Part shown: positions 37,222-46,461 of the stretch, piece after piece
How positions within the stretch are numbered: the stretch's first letter is position 1
Layout: each line of letters opens with the position of its first letter
IMG/VR virus record: IMGVR_UViG_3300011587_000017
Location: 1 to 64,000 of that record
DNA from: an uncultured virus (IMG/VR IMGVR_UViG_3300011587_000017)
Lineage: Duplodnaviria > Heunggongvirae > Uroviricota > Caudoviricetes
DNA: 64,000 nt
Strand: one strand, 5' to 3'
Position numbers and translations under genes: made by a program
Notes under the pieces: generated by a model
Databases searched by the model: none
What the model was told of the DNA's origin: nothing
Seen by the model: only the letters and a program-made list of their open reading frames with translations

Positions 37222-37245
37222 AGCCCCTTTCAAAGGGGCTTTTTC
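37222..37245 (+). terminator. Intrinsic terminator after xis
   Basis: AGCCCCTT-TCA-AAGGGGCT followed by TTTT. Confidence 0.75.
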
Positions 37246-37327
37246 TTTAAAAGCATTACTCACCAAACCATCAACGCCGTGTGAGTATTTGGTGAGTGCA
37301 TCATTAGGAAGTTAGTCGAAAGACATC

Positions 37328-37340
37328 TAAGTGATTGATT
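37328..37340 (-). promoter_or_regulatory. IHF-binding site beside the att core
   Basis: AATCAATCACTTA matches WATCAANNNNTTR. Confidence 0.6.
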
Positions 37341-37343
37341 TTA

Positions 37344-37392
37344 TGGCGCACCCGACAGGATTCGAACCTGTGACCTCTGCCTTCGGAGGGCA
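37344..37392 (-). other. att core: 3' half of tRNA-Arg(CCG)
   Basis: Minus strand TGCCCTCCGAAGGCAGAGGTCACAGGTTCGAATCCTGTCGGGTGCGCCA: anticodon arm, T-arm, CCA; 5' half absent. Confidence 0.9.
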
Positions 37393-37518
37393 AATTCGGA
37401 TGACTTTCCCGATTCTACCCATCTTTCTTTTTATTGAATAAGCTTCTGTTTTCACTTCTGTTTTCGTAATTGCCATCTGCGCGAAATTATCTGGCATCTT
37501 CCCTCTTTAACGATTTTA

Positions 37519-37539
37519 TGGTGACACTGTGGTGACACT
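37519..37539 (+). repeat. Integrase arm-type direct repeat
   Basis: TGGTGACACT twice, 1 nt apart, just before int. Confidence 0.65.
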
Positions 37540-37558
37540 AAATCAAAAGGCAGGGGTA

Positions 37559-38812
37559 ATGGCGAAGCTTACAAAGACGATATTGGACGCTGCAGAACTG
37601 CGTGACAAGCCATATTTTATATGGTGCACAGACCTAGCAGGTTTCGGCGCGCGCGTGTTCTCGTCGGGCAAAAAGACTTTTTATGTCGACTATTATACGA
37701 AGACTGGCGACCGCAAAAGAATGTCGCTCGGAGCTTTTGGCAAGCTGACCGTTGATGAGGCCCGGAAGATGGCCCGCATCACGCTTGGTGACACATTGCG
37801 TGGTGAAGATCCCCTGCTTGAAAGACAAACGCGTCGCGGTTCAATTACAATCTCGGAGCTATGCGACGATTATGTAAAGGCTGCTGAAAAGGGCTTAATC
37901 ATCGGGCGCAATGGCAAACCGAAGAAGATGTCTACGCTTGACACCGACAAGGGCCGGATAGAACGACACATCAAGCCATTACTTGGCAAAAAGCTGGTCA
38001 TCGAAATGAGCCGCGCAGACGTGGCGAAATTCATACGCGATGTTACTGCGGGCAAGACAGCGTTCACTGGCCAGTCAGATAAGCTCCGGGGAAAGATTGT
38101 CGTGTCTGGCGGTGCAGGTACAGCGTCTCGTACGACAGGTTTGCTGGGAGGGATTCTTACCTACGCAGTCTCGGAAGGGATCATCGAACACAATCCAGCA
38201 CAGGGTGTGAAGCGCCCCGCCGATGGCAAGCGAGAGCGCCGTCTAACAGCGGACGAGTTTAAAGCTCTTGGGAAAGTTTTGGCTAATGCCGACGAAATGA
38301 CGTGGCAAGCGGTCAAAGGCACACTGCTCCTGATTTATACAGGGAGCCGCCTAGGGGAGATTGTCAATCTTCGTTGGGAAGAGGTCAGCCTGGAGGACAG
38401 ATGCTTGCGGTTTGGAGATACGAAAACTGGCGCATCGATACGGCCGCTGGGGTCTCCTGCGATCAAAATACTCGAAGGCATAAGGCCGCCAAACGCAAAA
38501 GGCTGGGTGCTTCCAGGACCGCGCAATCCGGAAAATCCGGTGGGTTCACTTGATGATATGATTGATAGTATAACTAAGGCTGCCGGCTTAACCGGAGTAA
38601 CAGCTCATACATTTCGTCACAGCTTCGCGTCAGTTGGCGCTGATCTCAACTATTCGGATAATACCATTGGGGCTATTATCGGCCATTCATCAGGCACGAC
38701 CACAAGTCGCTATACTCACCGGTTAGACAGCGTTTTGATCGCCGCAGCGGATTCCATATCAGAAGAGGTGGACCGTCAGCTTATGGGAAAGCCCGCTAAG
38801 AAGCCCGCGTAG
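37559..38812 (+). CDS. int: Tyrosine integrase with arm-binding domain
   Basis: N-terminal GFGARV..SGKKTF; catalytic R (TGSRLGE), K (DTKTG), HTFRH, IGH, Y (RYTH). Confidence 0.95.
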   Translation: MAKLTKTILDAAELRDKPYFIWCTDLAGFGARVFSSGKKTFYVDYYTKTGDRKRMSLGAFGKLTVDEARKMARITLGDTLRGEDPLLERQTRRGSITISELCDDYVKAAEKGLIIGRNGKPKKMSTLDTDKGRIERHIKPLLGKKLVIEMSRADVAKFIRDVTAGKTAFTGQSDKLRGKIVVSGGAGTASRTTGLLGGILTYAVSEGIIEHNPAQGVKRPADGKRERRLTADEFKALGKVLANADEMTWQAVKGTLLLIYTGSRLGEIVNLRWEEVSLEDRCLRFGDTKTGASIRPLGSPAIKILEGIRPPNAKGWVLPGPRNPENPVGSLDDMIDSITKAAGLTGVTAHTFRHSFASVGADLNYSDNTIGAIIGHSSGTTTSRYTHRLDSVLIAAADSISEEVDRQLMGKPAKKPA

Positions 38813-38877
38813 TGGCTGGACGTGGCGAGCCTGTACGCTATTCTCTTCATACTGATACAATGGAGGGTGTGCTTAAA

Positions 38878-39159
38878 ATGTTCGGGCCAAAGCAAGAAGG
38901 TGACTATCCAGATCGGGATCTCGACTGCCAAGAGGCGGTTTCGCAAGGCATCGCTGATCTAGTCGAGCAGGGTGTGGTGTCTGGCGGCACCGAGGCGGAA
39001 GTGACGGCTGCATTAGCGGGCGCAAAAGTGCTCGGTATTCGCGAGTTAATCCACGATGCTGTTGAGGCCGGTTGGTCTGAAGAAGAAGCGGCTACAGCGA
39101 TTAGGATAGTAGCTGAGGGCATGCATCGAGGCGCGACCGGAACAGAAATTGACGAATAA
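38878..39159 (+). CDS. Hypothetical acidic protein
   Basis: YPDRDLDCQEA and AGWSEEE motifs; followed by a terminator. Confidence 0.6.
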   Translation: MFGPKQEGDYPDRDLDCQEAVSQGIADLVEQGVVSGGTEAEVTAALAGAKVLGIRELIHDAVEAGWSEEEAATAIRIVAEGMHRGATGTEIDE

Positions 39160-39164
39160 ACGCG

Positions 39165-39213
39165 AAAAAGGCCCCATGCACCATCCCGAAGGACAGCGCA
39201 TGGGGCTTTGTTT
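39165..39213. terminator. Bidirectional terminator
   Basis: GCCCCATGC...GCATGGGGC flanked by A and T tracts. Confidence 0.7.
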
Positions 39214-39214
39214 A

Positions 39215-39490
39215 TCAACTATTGCATCGGGCTACATACGCGGCACCAACTTCCTTAGTCCATGCTTGGGCTAAAAGGTTGGCGGTCATTGGCGATATTT
39301 GCAGCAATTCTTCACCACTCTTGATGTAGATAGCATCACCTGCGCGTATCGGATGCAGGTTTCGGATTTCTTCGTATGTAGCCAGACGAGATGCAGTTGC
39401 GATTGAGCCAGGCGATGTTTTCACACGCTTCCTGAAAAGCCGCTTCAACGTCGCCACTGTGTTTTTCCAGCAAGTACTGAGAATATTCAT
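39215..39490 (-). CDS. Hypothetical protein, end of late operon
   Basis: 91-aa ORF ending at the terminator. Confidence 0.5.
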   Translation of the reverse strand: MNILSTCWKNTVATLKRLFRKRVKTSPGSIATASRLATYEEIRNLHPIRAGDAIYIKSGEELLQISPMTANLLAQAWTKEVGAAYVARCNS

Positions 39491-39512
39491 AGGGCGTCAT
39501 CTCAACTTTCCA

Positions 39513-40751
39513 CTACATCACCATCTCAGGTGTTTTGACCTCTTCACCCACCTTCCCGTAATCGGAATGATAAGTGATCACTTTAGCCGACCGGCCCGAG
39601 ATCCATCCGCCAGCCGCTTCGTATGAGGAAGGCGCTGCCAGTGTCTCGTGCCGTTCAACTTTCATGAGGTTGGTTGTTTTCAGCTCATCTGAATGAAGAT
39701 GGCCAACATGAGCATAGGAATACTTAGTCCGGCCGTAGACTTCACGAAACTTGCCGGCAAAGACGCTGTCGACGTCCTTCACGTTGCGGCGATGCCCGTG
39801 GTGATAGAAGAGCGAAACGTTGCCGAACTCGTGGTAATAATACGTCGTAGCAGACGTATCGACTTCGATGCGCGGCTCTTCATCGTAATGCGCAGCCATC
39901 CATTCACGCATGAGAGTGGCGGATACCGGATCATGGTTTGCGTCAGCCATTACGACTTTGACGAACTCATGCTTCTCCAAAAGCATCGCGATTATCTTGC
40001 GGACGATGCGAACGGCAACACGTGCGATCTTCTGGAACCGGCTATCGCTGTCCAGAACATGGCCGCTCGTGGGCGTTTTGGCCTCCATGCTGTCGTAGTG
40101 CATAAAATCGCCAAGTTGCGCCAGAACGGCGAATTTGGCTGGAGGAGAGCCATCAATGGAAGCTCTGAACCATTTGAGGATTAGATCCTCCGCGATTTTG
40201 AGATCGTAGTCGGCTCCGGACTCGTCTTTCCATGACAAAAGACCAAGATGGAGATCCGTGACCGTATACTGGCAAAGCAGCTTTTCGTTTAAGCCACGAG
40301 GAGAAATTACCGGCTCAGCGCGTGGCAGAGCGTCGGTAAGACCGAGTGCCATGGCTTTGAGTCGAGCCTGGGCTGCTTCAGCATCGATGTCGTGCCGAAT
40401 CCAGCTCTGAACTTCAATGCCGTCCTTCACGTGAGAGGTGATCTTCTTAATCACCCTGCCCTCGCCGACATCGAATGGCTTTTCCTCCGGTTCGCCCAGC
40501 TTCTGGGTTACGGTCTCGCTAAGCGTGGCGCCATTCTTGCCCGTTGTCGTTTTGACCGATGAGATGTGATAGCCAGGCATAGCGGGATCAGAGAGAAGAA
40601 AGCCACGCTTGCTGGCCACACGAAGGCGACTGTCAAATGTGTTGCGGTTCAGTCCAACTGATTTCGCCGCGGCCGACACGTTTCGGCCTGATGCTAGATA
40701 TGCATCTACGGCGATGCGACAAAGTTCGTCCGATAATGGCGGCGTCGGCAT
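39513..40751 (-). CDS. HTH plus calcineurin-like metallophosphoesterase
   Basis: N-terminal NVSAAAKSVGLNRNTF HTH; DLH, GDF, NHD, HHGH, GHLH motifs. Confidence 0.75.
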   Translation of the reverse strand: MPTPPLSDELCRIAVDAYLASGRNVSAAAKSVGLNRNTFDSRLRVASKRGFLLSDPAMPGYHISSVKTTTGKNGATLSETVTQKLGEPEEKPFDVGEGRVIKKITSHVKDGIEVQSWIRHDIDAEAAQARLKAMALGLTDALPRAEPVISPRGLNEKLLCQYTVTDLHLGLLSWKDESGADYDLKIAEDLILKWFRASIDGSPPAKFAVLAQLGDFMHYDSMEAKTPTSGHVLDSDSRFQKIARVAVRIVRKIIAMLLEKHEFVKVVMADANHDPVSATLMREWMAAHYDEEPRIEVDTSATTYYYHEFGNVSLFYHHGHRRNVKDVDSVFAGKFREVYGRTKYSYAHVGHLHSDELKTTNLMKVERHETLAAPSSYEAAGGWISGRSAKVITYHSDYGKVGEEVKTPEMVM

Positions 40752-41083
40752 TATTCACCATCCTTTGGCTTGCGGCCTGTGCGGCGGGTGAACCAGTCGA
40801 AAACCGCATCGGAGATCCACATCGCGCTTGTGCCGACAAGGAAAGCTGCTGCATGGATCGCCACGTTTGAACCATCGTCGGGTGGCAACGGGAAATTCAC
40901 GGTACGGAGGTAGTGAAGGATTGGAGTGGTCAAATAACCCGCAGCCAGAGCGCCACAGATTGGTGAAGCCACGATTTCACGTATCGTATAGCGGCCGCGC
41001 GAGAGAGCGCGGATAACGCCCCCTGCAAAGCCAGCCAAAAGAACGGAATCTTTCAGGCCGAGCTGGTCGAGAAGATTGCTCAA
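40751..41083 (-). CDS. Holin-like membrane protein
   Basis: Three hydrophobic segments, AGFAGG motif, basic C-terminus. Confidence 0.6.
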   Translation of the reverse strand: MSNLLDQLGLKDSVLLAGFAGGVIRALSRGRYTIREIVASPICGALAAGYLTTPILHYLRTVNFPLPPDDGSNVAIHAAAFLVGTSAMWISDAVFDWFTRRTGRKPKDGE

Positions 41084-41094
41084 CGTGGTGCCCC

Positions 41095-41304
41095 TTAAAG
41101 AGTTTTGCGTGCGGGAGGCTTCCAACCGCACAGGGCCGCGCCCTTTTCGTTGTGAGCTAAGGCCGCGGCGACTTCACTGTCCGTCATTGATTTGATTGTG
41201 CGCTCGCTTAACGAGATCGGCGAAGCGATCGAACAGAACGAACCGGTAACTGAGCTGCAGCCGACCAAGATGGCGAACAATGCGGCAAGGATCATCTTCC
41301 CCAT
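41095..41304 (-). CDS. Outer-membrane spanin lipoprotein
   Basis: Lipobox LVG-C; FC..A.PI...HN......CGW. Confidence 0.7.
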   Translation of the reverse strand: MGKMILAALFAILVGCSSVTGSFCSIASPISLSERTIKSMTDSEVAAALAHNEKGAALCGWKPPARKTL

Positions 41305-41534
41305 TTGCTCAACCTTTTTCTATTAGTTTCAGCGTCTTGTGAGGCAATCTTTCTATCTATCTCATCTGAAATAGTTTTTGCCGCATTTTCAGCTTCTGCT
41401 GCACGCTCTTTTTCAACTGTTTTCCCATCGGCTTTGCCTTTGAAATAAACGCTAACCGCTCCGATAAGAGCCAAGCCGATATAGGTTAGCCAGCCACCGG
41501 TTACTGTGTTCAGGAACACTAAAGCTTCAAACAT
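41292..41534 (-). CDS. Inner-membrane spanin-like
   Basis: N-terminal TM then helical charged region. Confidence 0.6.
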   Translation of the reverse strand: MFEALVFLNTVTGGWLTYIGLALIGAVSVYFKGKADGKTVEKERAAEAENAAKTISDEIDRKIASQDAETNRKRLSKWGR

Positions 41535-41536
41535 GG

Positions 41537-41743
41537 CTACGTTCTCCAGCCAAAACGCTTCGCCATCACGTACAGGCTCTCTGAGAGAACGGCGCCAATG
41601 AACGCGAGACATAAGGACACGAGTTGGACCACGTCTGGATCTGTCGAGATCCGATGAGCGACATCGTCCGATAGTAGGAAGATGGCGGCCATTGCTCCGG
41701 CGCCGTAGCGCAATAGAATGCGGGCTAGAACTGACGAGATCAT
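41537..41743 (-). CDS. Small two-TM holin-like protein
   Basis: RILLRY...E.LY..AKRFGW.T; follows the endolysin. Confidence 0.6.
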   Translation of the reverse strand: MISSVLARILLRYGAGAMAAIFLLSDDVAHRISTDPDVVQLVSLCLAFIGAVLSESLYVMAKRFGWRT

Positions 41744-42495
41744 TTGGATGCCCCTTTCCAACGATCAAAGAGCTTGCCGAGAAGCGAGGCGATCAATGCA
41801 ACCAGATTACTTGGCTGGGCTTCTGGAACTGTCTCAGGCGTAGCGGGAGCATCGGGTTCCCGCATGCTGCCAGCGACATAACCTTTCCATTTGCCCGCGC
41901 GTAGCTGGTCGGATGCTTTCTGCATCTTTCGTGCATACTCGCCGTTCAAGCCGCCACCGTTGTAGACTTCCTCGACTTTAGCGAAGTCTCTGGCTTCGAT
42001 GGCCGGGATCAGCTTTTTCGATTTCAAGAACGCTGCAAAGGCACTTAGCTGGTTGACTTCACTGTCAACAAACTGCTCGAACATCAACTTGGCCGTAGCA
42101 AATCCGCAGATGGCATGATTGAAGCCCATGATCTGGTATCGGCCGATGCTGATTGACTGATAAGCCGCGTCCTCGTTGAAGCGGATTGCCTTTGCCAGCA
42201 AATCATATCGTGCTGCGGTCGTGTTCTGCTCTTTGTACCCACCCTTAGCAGGAGAGATCCAATCCTTGCGGGCAATCCTGGCCTTTACGGCTTCAGACCG
42301 CTTGGCCGTTGGGATCAGCTTATAGAACCAATGTTTCTCGAAAAGGATCTTGATGCGCCCGTCTGGATACCAGCCAAAGCCATTACTCTCGACTTCCGAG
42401 ATTGCTTCGATATCTGCGGGGTGAACTCCGAGCTGATCTGCGAGCGTCGCTATATGGCGATCAGTGATCGCTTCAGCTCTACCGGTGCCAAGCAT
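41740..42495 (-). CDS. Endolysin, N-acetylmuramidase (DUF3380-type)
   Basis: AISEVESNG, KILFEKHWF, S.GRYQIMGFNH, YNG. Confidence 0.9.
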   Translation of the reverse strand: MLGTGRAEAITDRHIATLADQLGVHPADIEAISEVESNGFGWYPDGRIKILFEKHWFYKLIPTAKRSEAVKARIARKDWISPAKGGYKEQNTTAARYDLLAKAIRFNEDAAYQSISIGRYQIMGFNHAICGFATAKLMFEQFVDSEVNQLSAFAAFLKSKKLIPAIEARDFAKVEEVYNGGGLNGEYARKMQKASDQLRAGKWKGYVAGSMREPDAPATPETVPEAQPSNLVALIASLLGKLFDRWKGASK

Positions 42496-42507
42496 AGGCG
42501 CCTCCAT

Positions 42508-42532
42508 AAAAAAACCGCCTCAAGGGCGGCGG
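42508..42532 (-). terminator. Intrinsic terminator before the lysis cassette
   Basis: CCGCC-CTTGA-GGCGG then T7. Confidence 0.75.
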
Positions 42533-42556
42533 ATCAATCAAAAATGGGGAATGTTG

Positions 42557-43576
42557 CTAGGCTCGTCCGTCTTTGCCGGCGCCGGCTTGTGGCTGGCGAA
42601 CCTGAATAGATGTGCGGAAACCTCCGCGCTTCGTAAGGCGGTGATCGATATCGTGGATGCGATATGTTCCGTCCACACCGGTACGAACGCCAGAGACATC
42701 GATATTGGCTTCAGGCTCTGCGAGTGCGTTGCCCACAATCTCAATCGACCCTTGGCCGGATTGGCGCATGGATTCTTTCTTCAACGCTTCGGCACGGCTT
42801 CGAGCGTGTTTCTCCGTAGCAGTGGAAAGATGCTGCCTGAGAATTGCGTCGACATCGGTATCATCGACGTCTGCATCCACATCAACGCGCTTGCCCTTAT
42901 CCTTGTCGAAATAGGAAACACGCACCTTGCTGTATTTAGGCTTCGTCGTGATCACCTTGATGCTGGCAGAGATTAGATTGTCGCCCCATGCCGCTGAGAT
43001 TGAGGTTAGCGGCTTGCCGGATGCCGAAACGCCTTCGTTTCTGGCAACAAAGATGGCTTTTGTTCCCTGCGCTTTGAAGGTAGCACCCATCTCACGAGCC
43101 ATTCTCTGGCCCCAAGAAATGAAGCTTTCATTCTGCTGCAGCCAATAATCACGTTCTTCATCACCGATCGTTCCGACGGTCTTAACTGTGAACCCGGCTT
43201 TTTCACCAAACTCTGCAGCGGTTTCCGAGAACTTTGCCTTATCCTTGTGACGAAGGCTGCGCTGCTTCGCCCTTCCACCTTCATCAACGGAACTGGCAGA
43301 CAGTTTAACTGTTCGGCCCTCATCCTTCGTGATGTCGCATGTGACGTCAGTGACGAAGCCGTCAAAGATCGTTGTTCCAGAAACGGAGACGTGAACTGTC
43401 GAGCGCTTGTTGGGTAATGCGATGCGACCGTCGGCATCTGCAAGCGTCATATCCAGATTATCGGCCGCCTGGCCAGCTGAGCGCTGCACCCTCAATTCTA
43501 GAAGCAAAGGATCTAGGATCGATGTGACGTTTCGGCCATCAATGGTGACAACAAAACTATTCTTGATGAAAGCCAT
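42557..43576 (-). CDS. Late control D / baseplate hub (P2 gpD-like)
   Basis: AD.LDMTL.D, QQNES, DGTY.I..I.H...GGF.T. Confidence 0.88.
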   Translation of the reverse strand: MAFIKNSFVVTIDGRNVTSILDPLLLELRVQRSAGQAADNLDMTLADADGRIALPNKRSTVHVSVSGTTIFDGFVTDVTCDITKDEGRTVKLSASSVDEGGRAKQRSLRHKDKAKFSETAAEFGEKAGFTVKTVGTIGDEERDYWLQQNESFISWGQRMAREMGATFKAQGTKAIFVARNEGVSASGKPLTSISAAWGDNLISASIKVITTKPKYSKVRVSYFDKDKGKRVDVDADVDDTDVDAILRQHLSTATEKHARSRAEALKKESMRQSGQGSIEIVGNALAEPEANIDVSGVRTGVDGTYRIHDIDHRLTKRGGFRTSIQVRQPQAGAGKDGRA

Positions 43577-43579
43577 GGC

Positions 43580-43822
43580 TTAATCCCAGAGACTGATAAC
43601 TTCGGCCTTCGAGGTTTCCAGATCTGCGGAAGGAATTGCATCCAGCGGAATTCGCACAACCGTACCAACGGGAAGCTGATAACCTTGATCTGCCAATTCC
43701 GGATTGAATGCGAGTACGGCCTCGACAAAGCCTTTGGGCTGGCGTCGCAGAAGACGCCAAATGATTTGTGACAGTGTGAAGCCTTCGGCCTTCACCACCT
43801 CTTCGAGAACTGCTTGGGTCAT
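43580..43822 (-). CDS. Tail protein X (LysM-like)
   Basis: TLSQIIWR...VEAVL..NP.LA...LP.G.VV.IP. Confidence 0.85.
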   Translation of the reverse strand: MTQAVLEEVVKAEGFTLSQIIWRLLRRQPKGFVEAVLAFNPELADQGYQLPVGTVVRIPLDAIPSADLETSKAEVISLWD

Positions 43823-44238
43823 AGAAGTAAGCTCACAATCGAGGTCGCCATGGACATAATCGGTGTGTCAACACGGGTTAGCTTCAACGAAAAGGTAACT
43901 TCCTGACCAACGCCGCCCGTTGAGATTTCACCATGCTTCTCATCAATTTCATTGATGATGTGCCAGCCGAGTGGCACGCCGTCGCCTCTAAGCAGCGACA
44001 GCGGGATTTGAGCCTGCATCGCAAGGTGCAATGCTTCTAACCGCCCCAGCCCGCCGAAGTGAAACGGATGAAGGACGCATTCGAGGTTTGCCGTGGCTTC
44101 ATCCGCTCCCATTGCTTCATAGACCGGTGCCGCCCCAATGACGTCGTGTTTGGCGAAAGCCATTCGAGCGTTGCGCGAGCGGCCAGTGATATTATTCCGT
44201 AGATCGAAGATCACGGGGCCAAGTATCATCAGCGCCAT
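43819..44238 (-). CDS. P2 gpU-like tail protein
   Basis: LMILG...F, LLRGDG..LGW.II. Confidence 0.85.
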   Translation of the reverse strand: MALMILGPVIFDLRNNITGRSRNARMAFAKHDVIGAAPVYEAMGADEATANLECVLHPFHFGGLGRLEALHLAMQAQIPLSLLRGDGVPLGWHIINEIDEKHGEISTGGVGQEVTFSLKLTRVDTPIMSMATSIVSLLL

Positions 44239-44250
44239 CGGGTAGCGTCC

Positions 44251-46458
44251 TTATGGTGTAAGTTGGTGATCAGAAAAGGACCGGTTCAACTGGTTATTTA
44301 GATCCGCAACAGTGGATGGGATGCCCACTTTCAACTGCTGAAGAGTGGCCACGCATGCCTGCAGTTTCGCCTGAAGCGCGTTGAGCCCAACGAGATCGAC
44401 GGTCGGCCCAACGGTGACGTTCAGAGCATTGCGGATATCTTCTGCGGTGCTGTGAGCCTGCTGGAGAGCTTGTTCGCCATCGACTTGAGGCGTTATCGAA
44501 TCTTCACGGTTGCTGGCGAATGTGCCTCCCGTATCGATTTTTAGCTTGTCGCGAATGCTGGTCGAGCTGTCACCAAGCCAAAAGTCACGATTTCCCGCCC
44601 ACCCGAAATAACGAGACAGATCTCTCTTTAAGCCGTCTTTGCGTTTTGCCTGAATGGCGACTTGCTCTTCAAACGTGTCACCTGGGCTGTCGGATAATAA
44701 GCTGGTCGCAGTGGTTAGAGCTGCCCCAACAGTCGCGGCCTTTCCCAAAGCCGCCGTGATAGCTGACCACGTTCCATTTCCTTTGGTCGCTTTCTTACCG
44801 TCCGTCCCACCGGGCATCCCTCCTGCGGCGCCCAGCTTAGCTGCGGCTGCATCAAGGGCGGCTGCAGATCCCTTCAAGGCAGTGCCTGCGGTAATCAAAT
44901 CCCAACCGGCCTTGAGGAGCAATGCTACTGGTCCGCCTACAACAGCTGTGCCGCCGAGTGCTAAACCGCCCCATGCGGCAGGATTGCCATCACGAAGTGA
45001 CTGCTGGAAGTTATTGATCACGCTCGCCATAGTGTTCAAGCCAGACGAAATCGTATCCATCGGCATAACGGCCGCTGAAAGGTTTGACATGGCATCTTTG
45101 AACGCATCGAAAGCGGCAAAGGGGTTTTCAGCCTGAATGGTGTCTGCTGCCTTCAAACCAAAGGCGTTGTCACCACGGTTTTCTTTCTGGCGCTTGTACT
45201 GGTCAAATTGCTCCAGCGCGCCAAACAACATGTCGCCTGCAAGTCGATTTCCCACGATCTTGCCGACATAGGCCGCCATATCGCCGGAATTGTTTACATC
45301 GATGCCTTGTTTGACCAGTGCCGGCTTTAAGACACCATCCATCCATTCCAGCGGGTTCGCATAGAAGCGATCAGATTCGGTGAGCGTTCCCGGATCAACG
45401 ATTTTCCCCTTGTTGTTGCGAACAACACCCTGACGAAGCCCGAGCTCAATCTGGCGCTCCAACTGAGCCAAAGGAGTGCGCCCGGTTGCGAGATTGTCGA
45501 AAGCTGCTCGGATCTTACCACCGGCATCAGAGCCGCCCGTTTCCGCTGCCATGTAAGGTAGCCAGGTGGAAATAAAATCTTTGCCGTAAGCTTTACCCGG
45601 CGCACGTGCGAACTTGATCGCCTGAGCATAGCTCTCTGGCGAAATATCGCGTCCAATCACCTGCTGCGAGCGAACATAACCATCGAGCATCTTGGTGTAG
45701 AGCTCAGGATCTTGCACGCCCATGTTGTCCATGGCCTTATTGAAAGCGCGGAGGCCGTCAACGGCTCCTTCTTTTCCAAATAGGTTTTTCAGAACAAGCA
45801 TCGCCTTCATCATGGGATCAGCCATGCTCAAAGCGGTATCGGTGTCGATGGCGTTGAGAGACGAGTCCTTCAGAACTTCCAGGACTTCGGCCTTATTCAA
45901 ATTGTATTTTGAGACGAATTTATCTGCGGAAGAATCGATCTTCCCGCGCTCGCCTTCGCTAAGCCCAGCATACTTCATTTCGGCTTGCTGGACGCGTTCC
46001 TGAGATGCAGCCGTCAACGCGGCCCGAGTGCCTGTCGACGCCATGTATAGGCCGGTGTAACCACCACCCATCAGGTAGCCGAACTTTTTCATATTCTCGA
46101 ACTGAGCGTGCAGTCTGCCTGCAGAGCGCTCTGTTTCGTTAAGCCGGGCACGAACCGCTGTAAGGTGCGAGACGGTCGCCTGGCGCCAAGCAGCGATGTC
46201 GTTTTTCCGCATCGCATCAGTGAGATTGCGAGACTGGAAGCCTTGATTTAGCCGCTCCCAGCTCCGTAAAACCAGATCAAACTCACGCGGGGTGGCCTTG
46301 AGCTTATCAAGCTGCTTCTGCATTCCCAGACCCCAAGGGGCTGCATTCAGCCTCTTGGAATCCTGTTCGATCTTATGAAGCGCCTTACTGACGGTTTCGG
46401 CCTCTTTGGTATCAGCCTTTACCCTTAGCAGCAGCTCGCCAATAAGCGTTCGCGCCAT
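44251..46458 (-). CDS. Tail tape measure protein
   Basis: 735 aa helical, between chaperone and gpU. Confidence 0.8.
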   Translation of the reverse strand: MARTLIGELLLRVKADTKEAETVSKALHKIEQDSKRLNAAPWGLGMQKQLDKLKATPREFDLVLRSWERLNQGFQSRNLTDAMRKNDIAAWRQATVSHLTAVRARLNETERSAGRLHAQFENMKKFGYLMGGGYTGLYMASTGTRAALTAASQERVQQAEMKYAGLSEGERGKIDSSADKFVSKYNLNKAEVLEVLKDSSLNAIDTDTALSMADPMMKAMLVLKNLFGKEGAVDGLRAFNKAMDNMGVQDPELYTKMLDGYVRSQQVIGRDISPESYAQAIKFARAPGKAYGKDFISTWLPYMAAETGGSDAGGKIRAAFDNLATGRTPLAQLERQIELGLRQGVVRNNKGKIVDPGTLTESDRFYANPLEWMDGVLKPALVKQGIDVNNSGDMAAYVGKIVGNRLAGDMLFGALEQFDQYKRQKENRGDNAFGLKAADTIQAENPFAAFDAFKDAMSNLSAAVMPMDTISSGLNTMASVINNFQQSLRDGNPAAWGGLALGGTAVVGGPVALLLKAGWDLITAGTALKGSAAALDAAAAKLGAAGGMPGGTDGKKATKGNGTWSAITAALGKAATVGAALTTATSLLSDSPGDTFEEQVAIQAKRKDGLKRDLSRYFGWAGNRDFWLGDSSTSIRDKLKIDTGGTFASNREDSITPQVDGEQALQQAHSTAEDIRNALNVTVGPTVDLVGLNALQAKLQACVATLQQLKVGIPSTVADLNNQLNRSFSDHQLTP

Positions 46459-46461
46459 AGA

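Larger units (their letters stand above)
1..37343. mobile_element. Prophage 1, HK97-like head / long non-contractile tail (left end lies outside the window)
   Basis: Complete lambdoid gene order on - strand (terminase, portal, Clp protease, capsid, tail, TMP, lysis) with divergent early region, ending at xis and the att core. Confidence 0.92.

Noticed and set aside
37344..37392. Functional tRNA-Arg gene
   Set aside because: D-arm and 5' acceptor strand are missing; it is an att core
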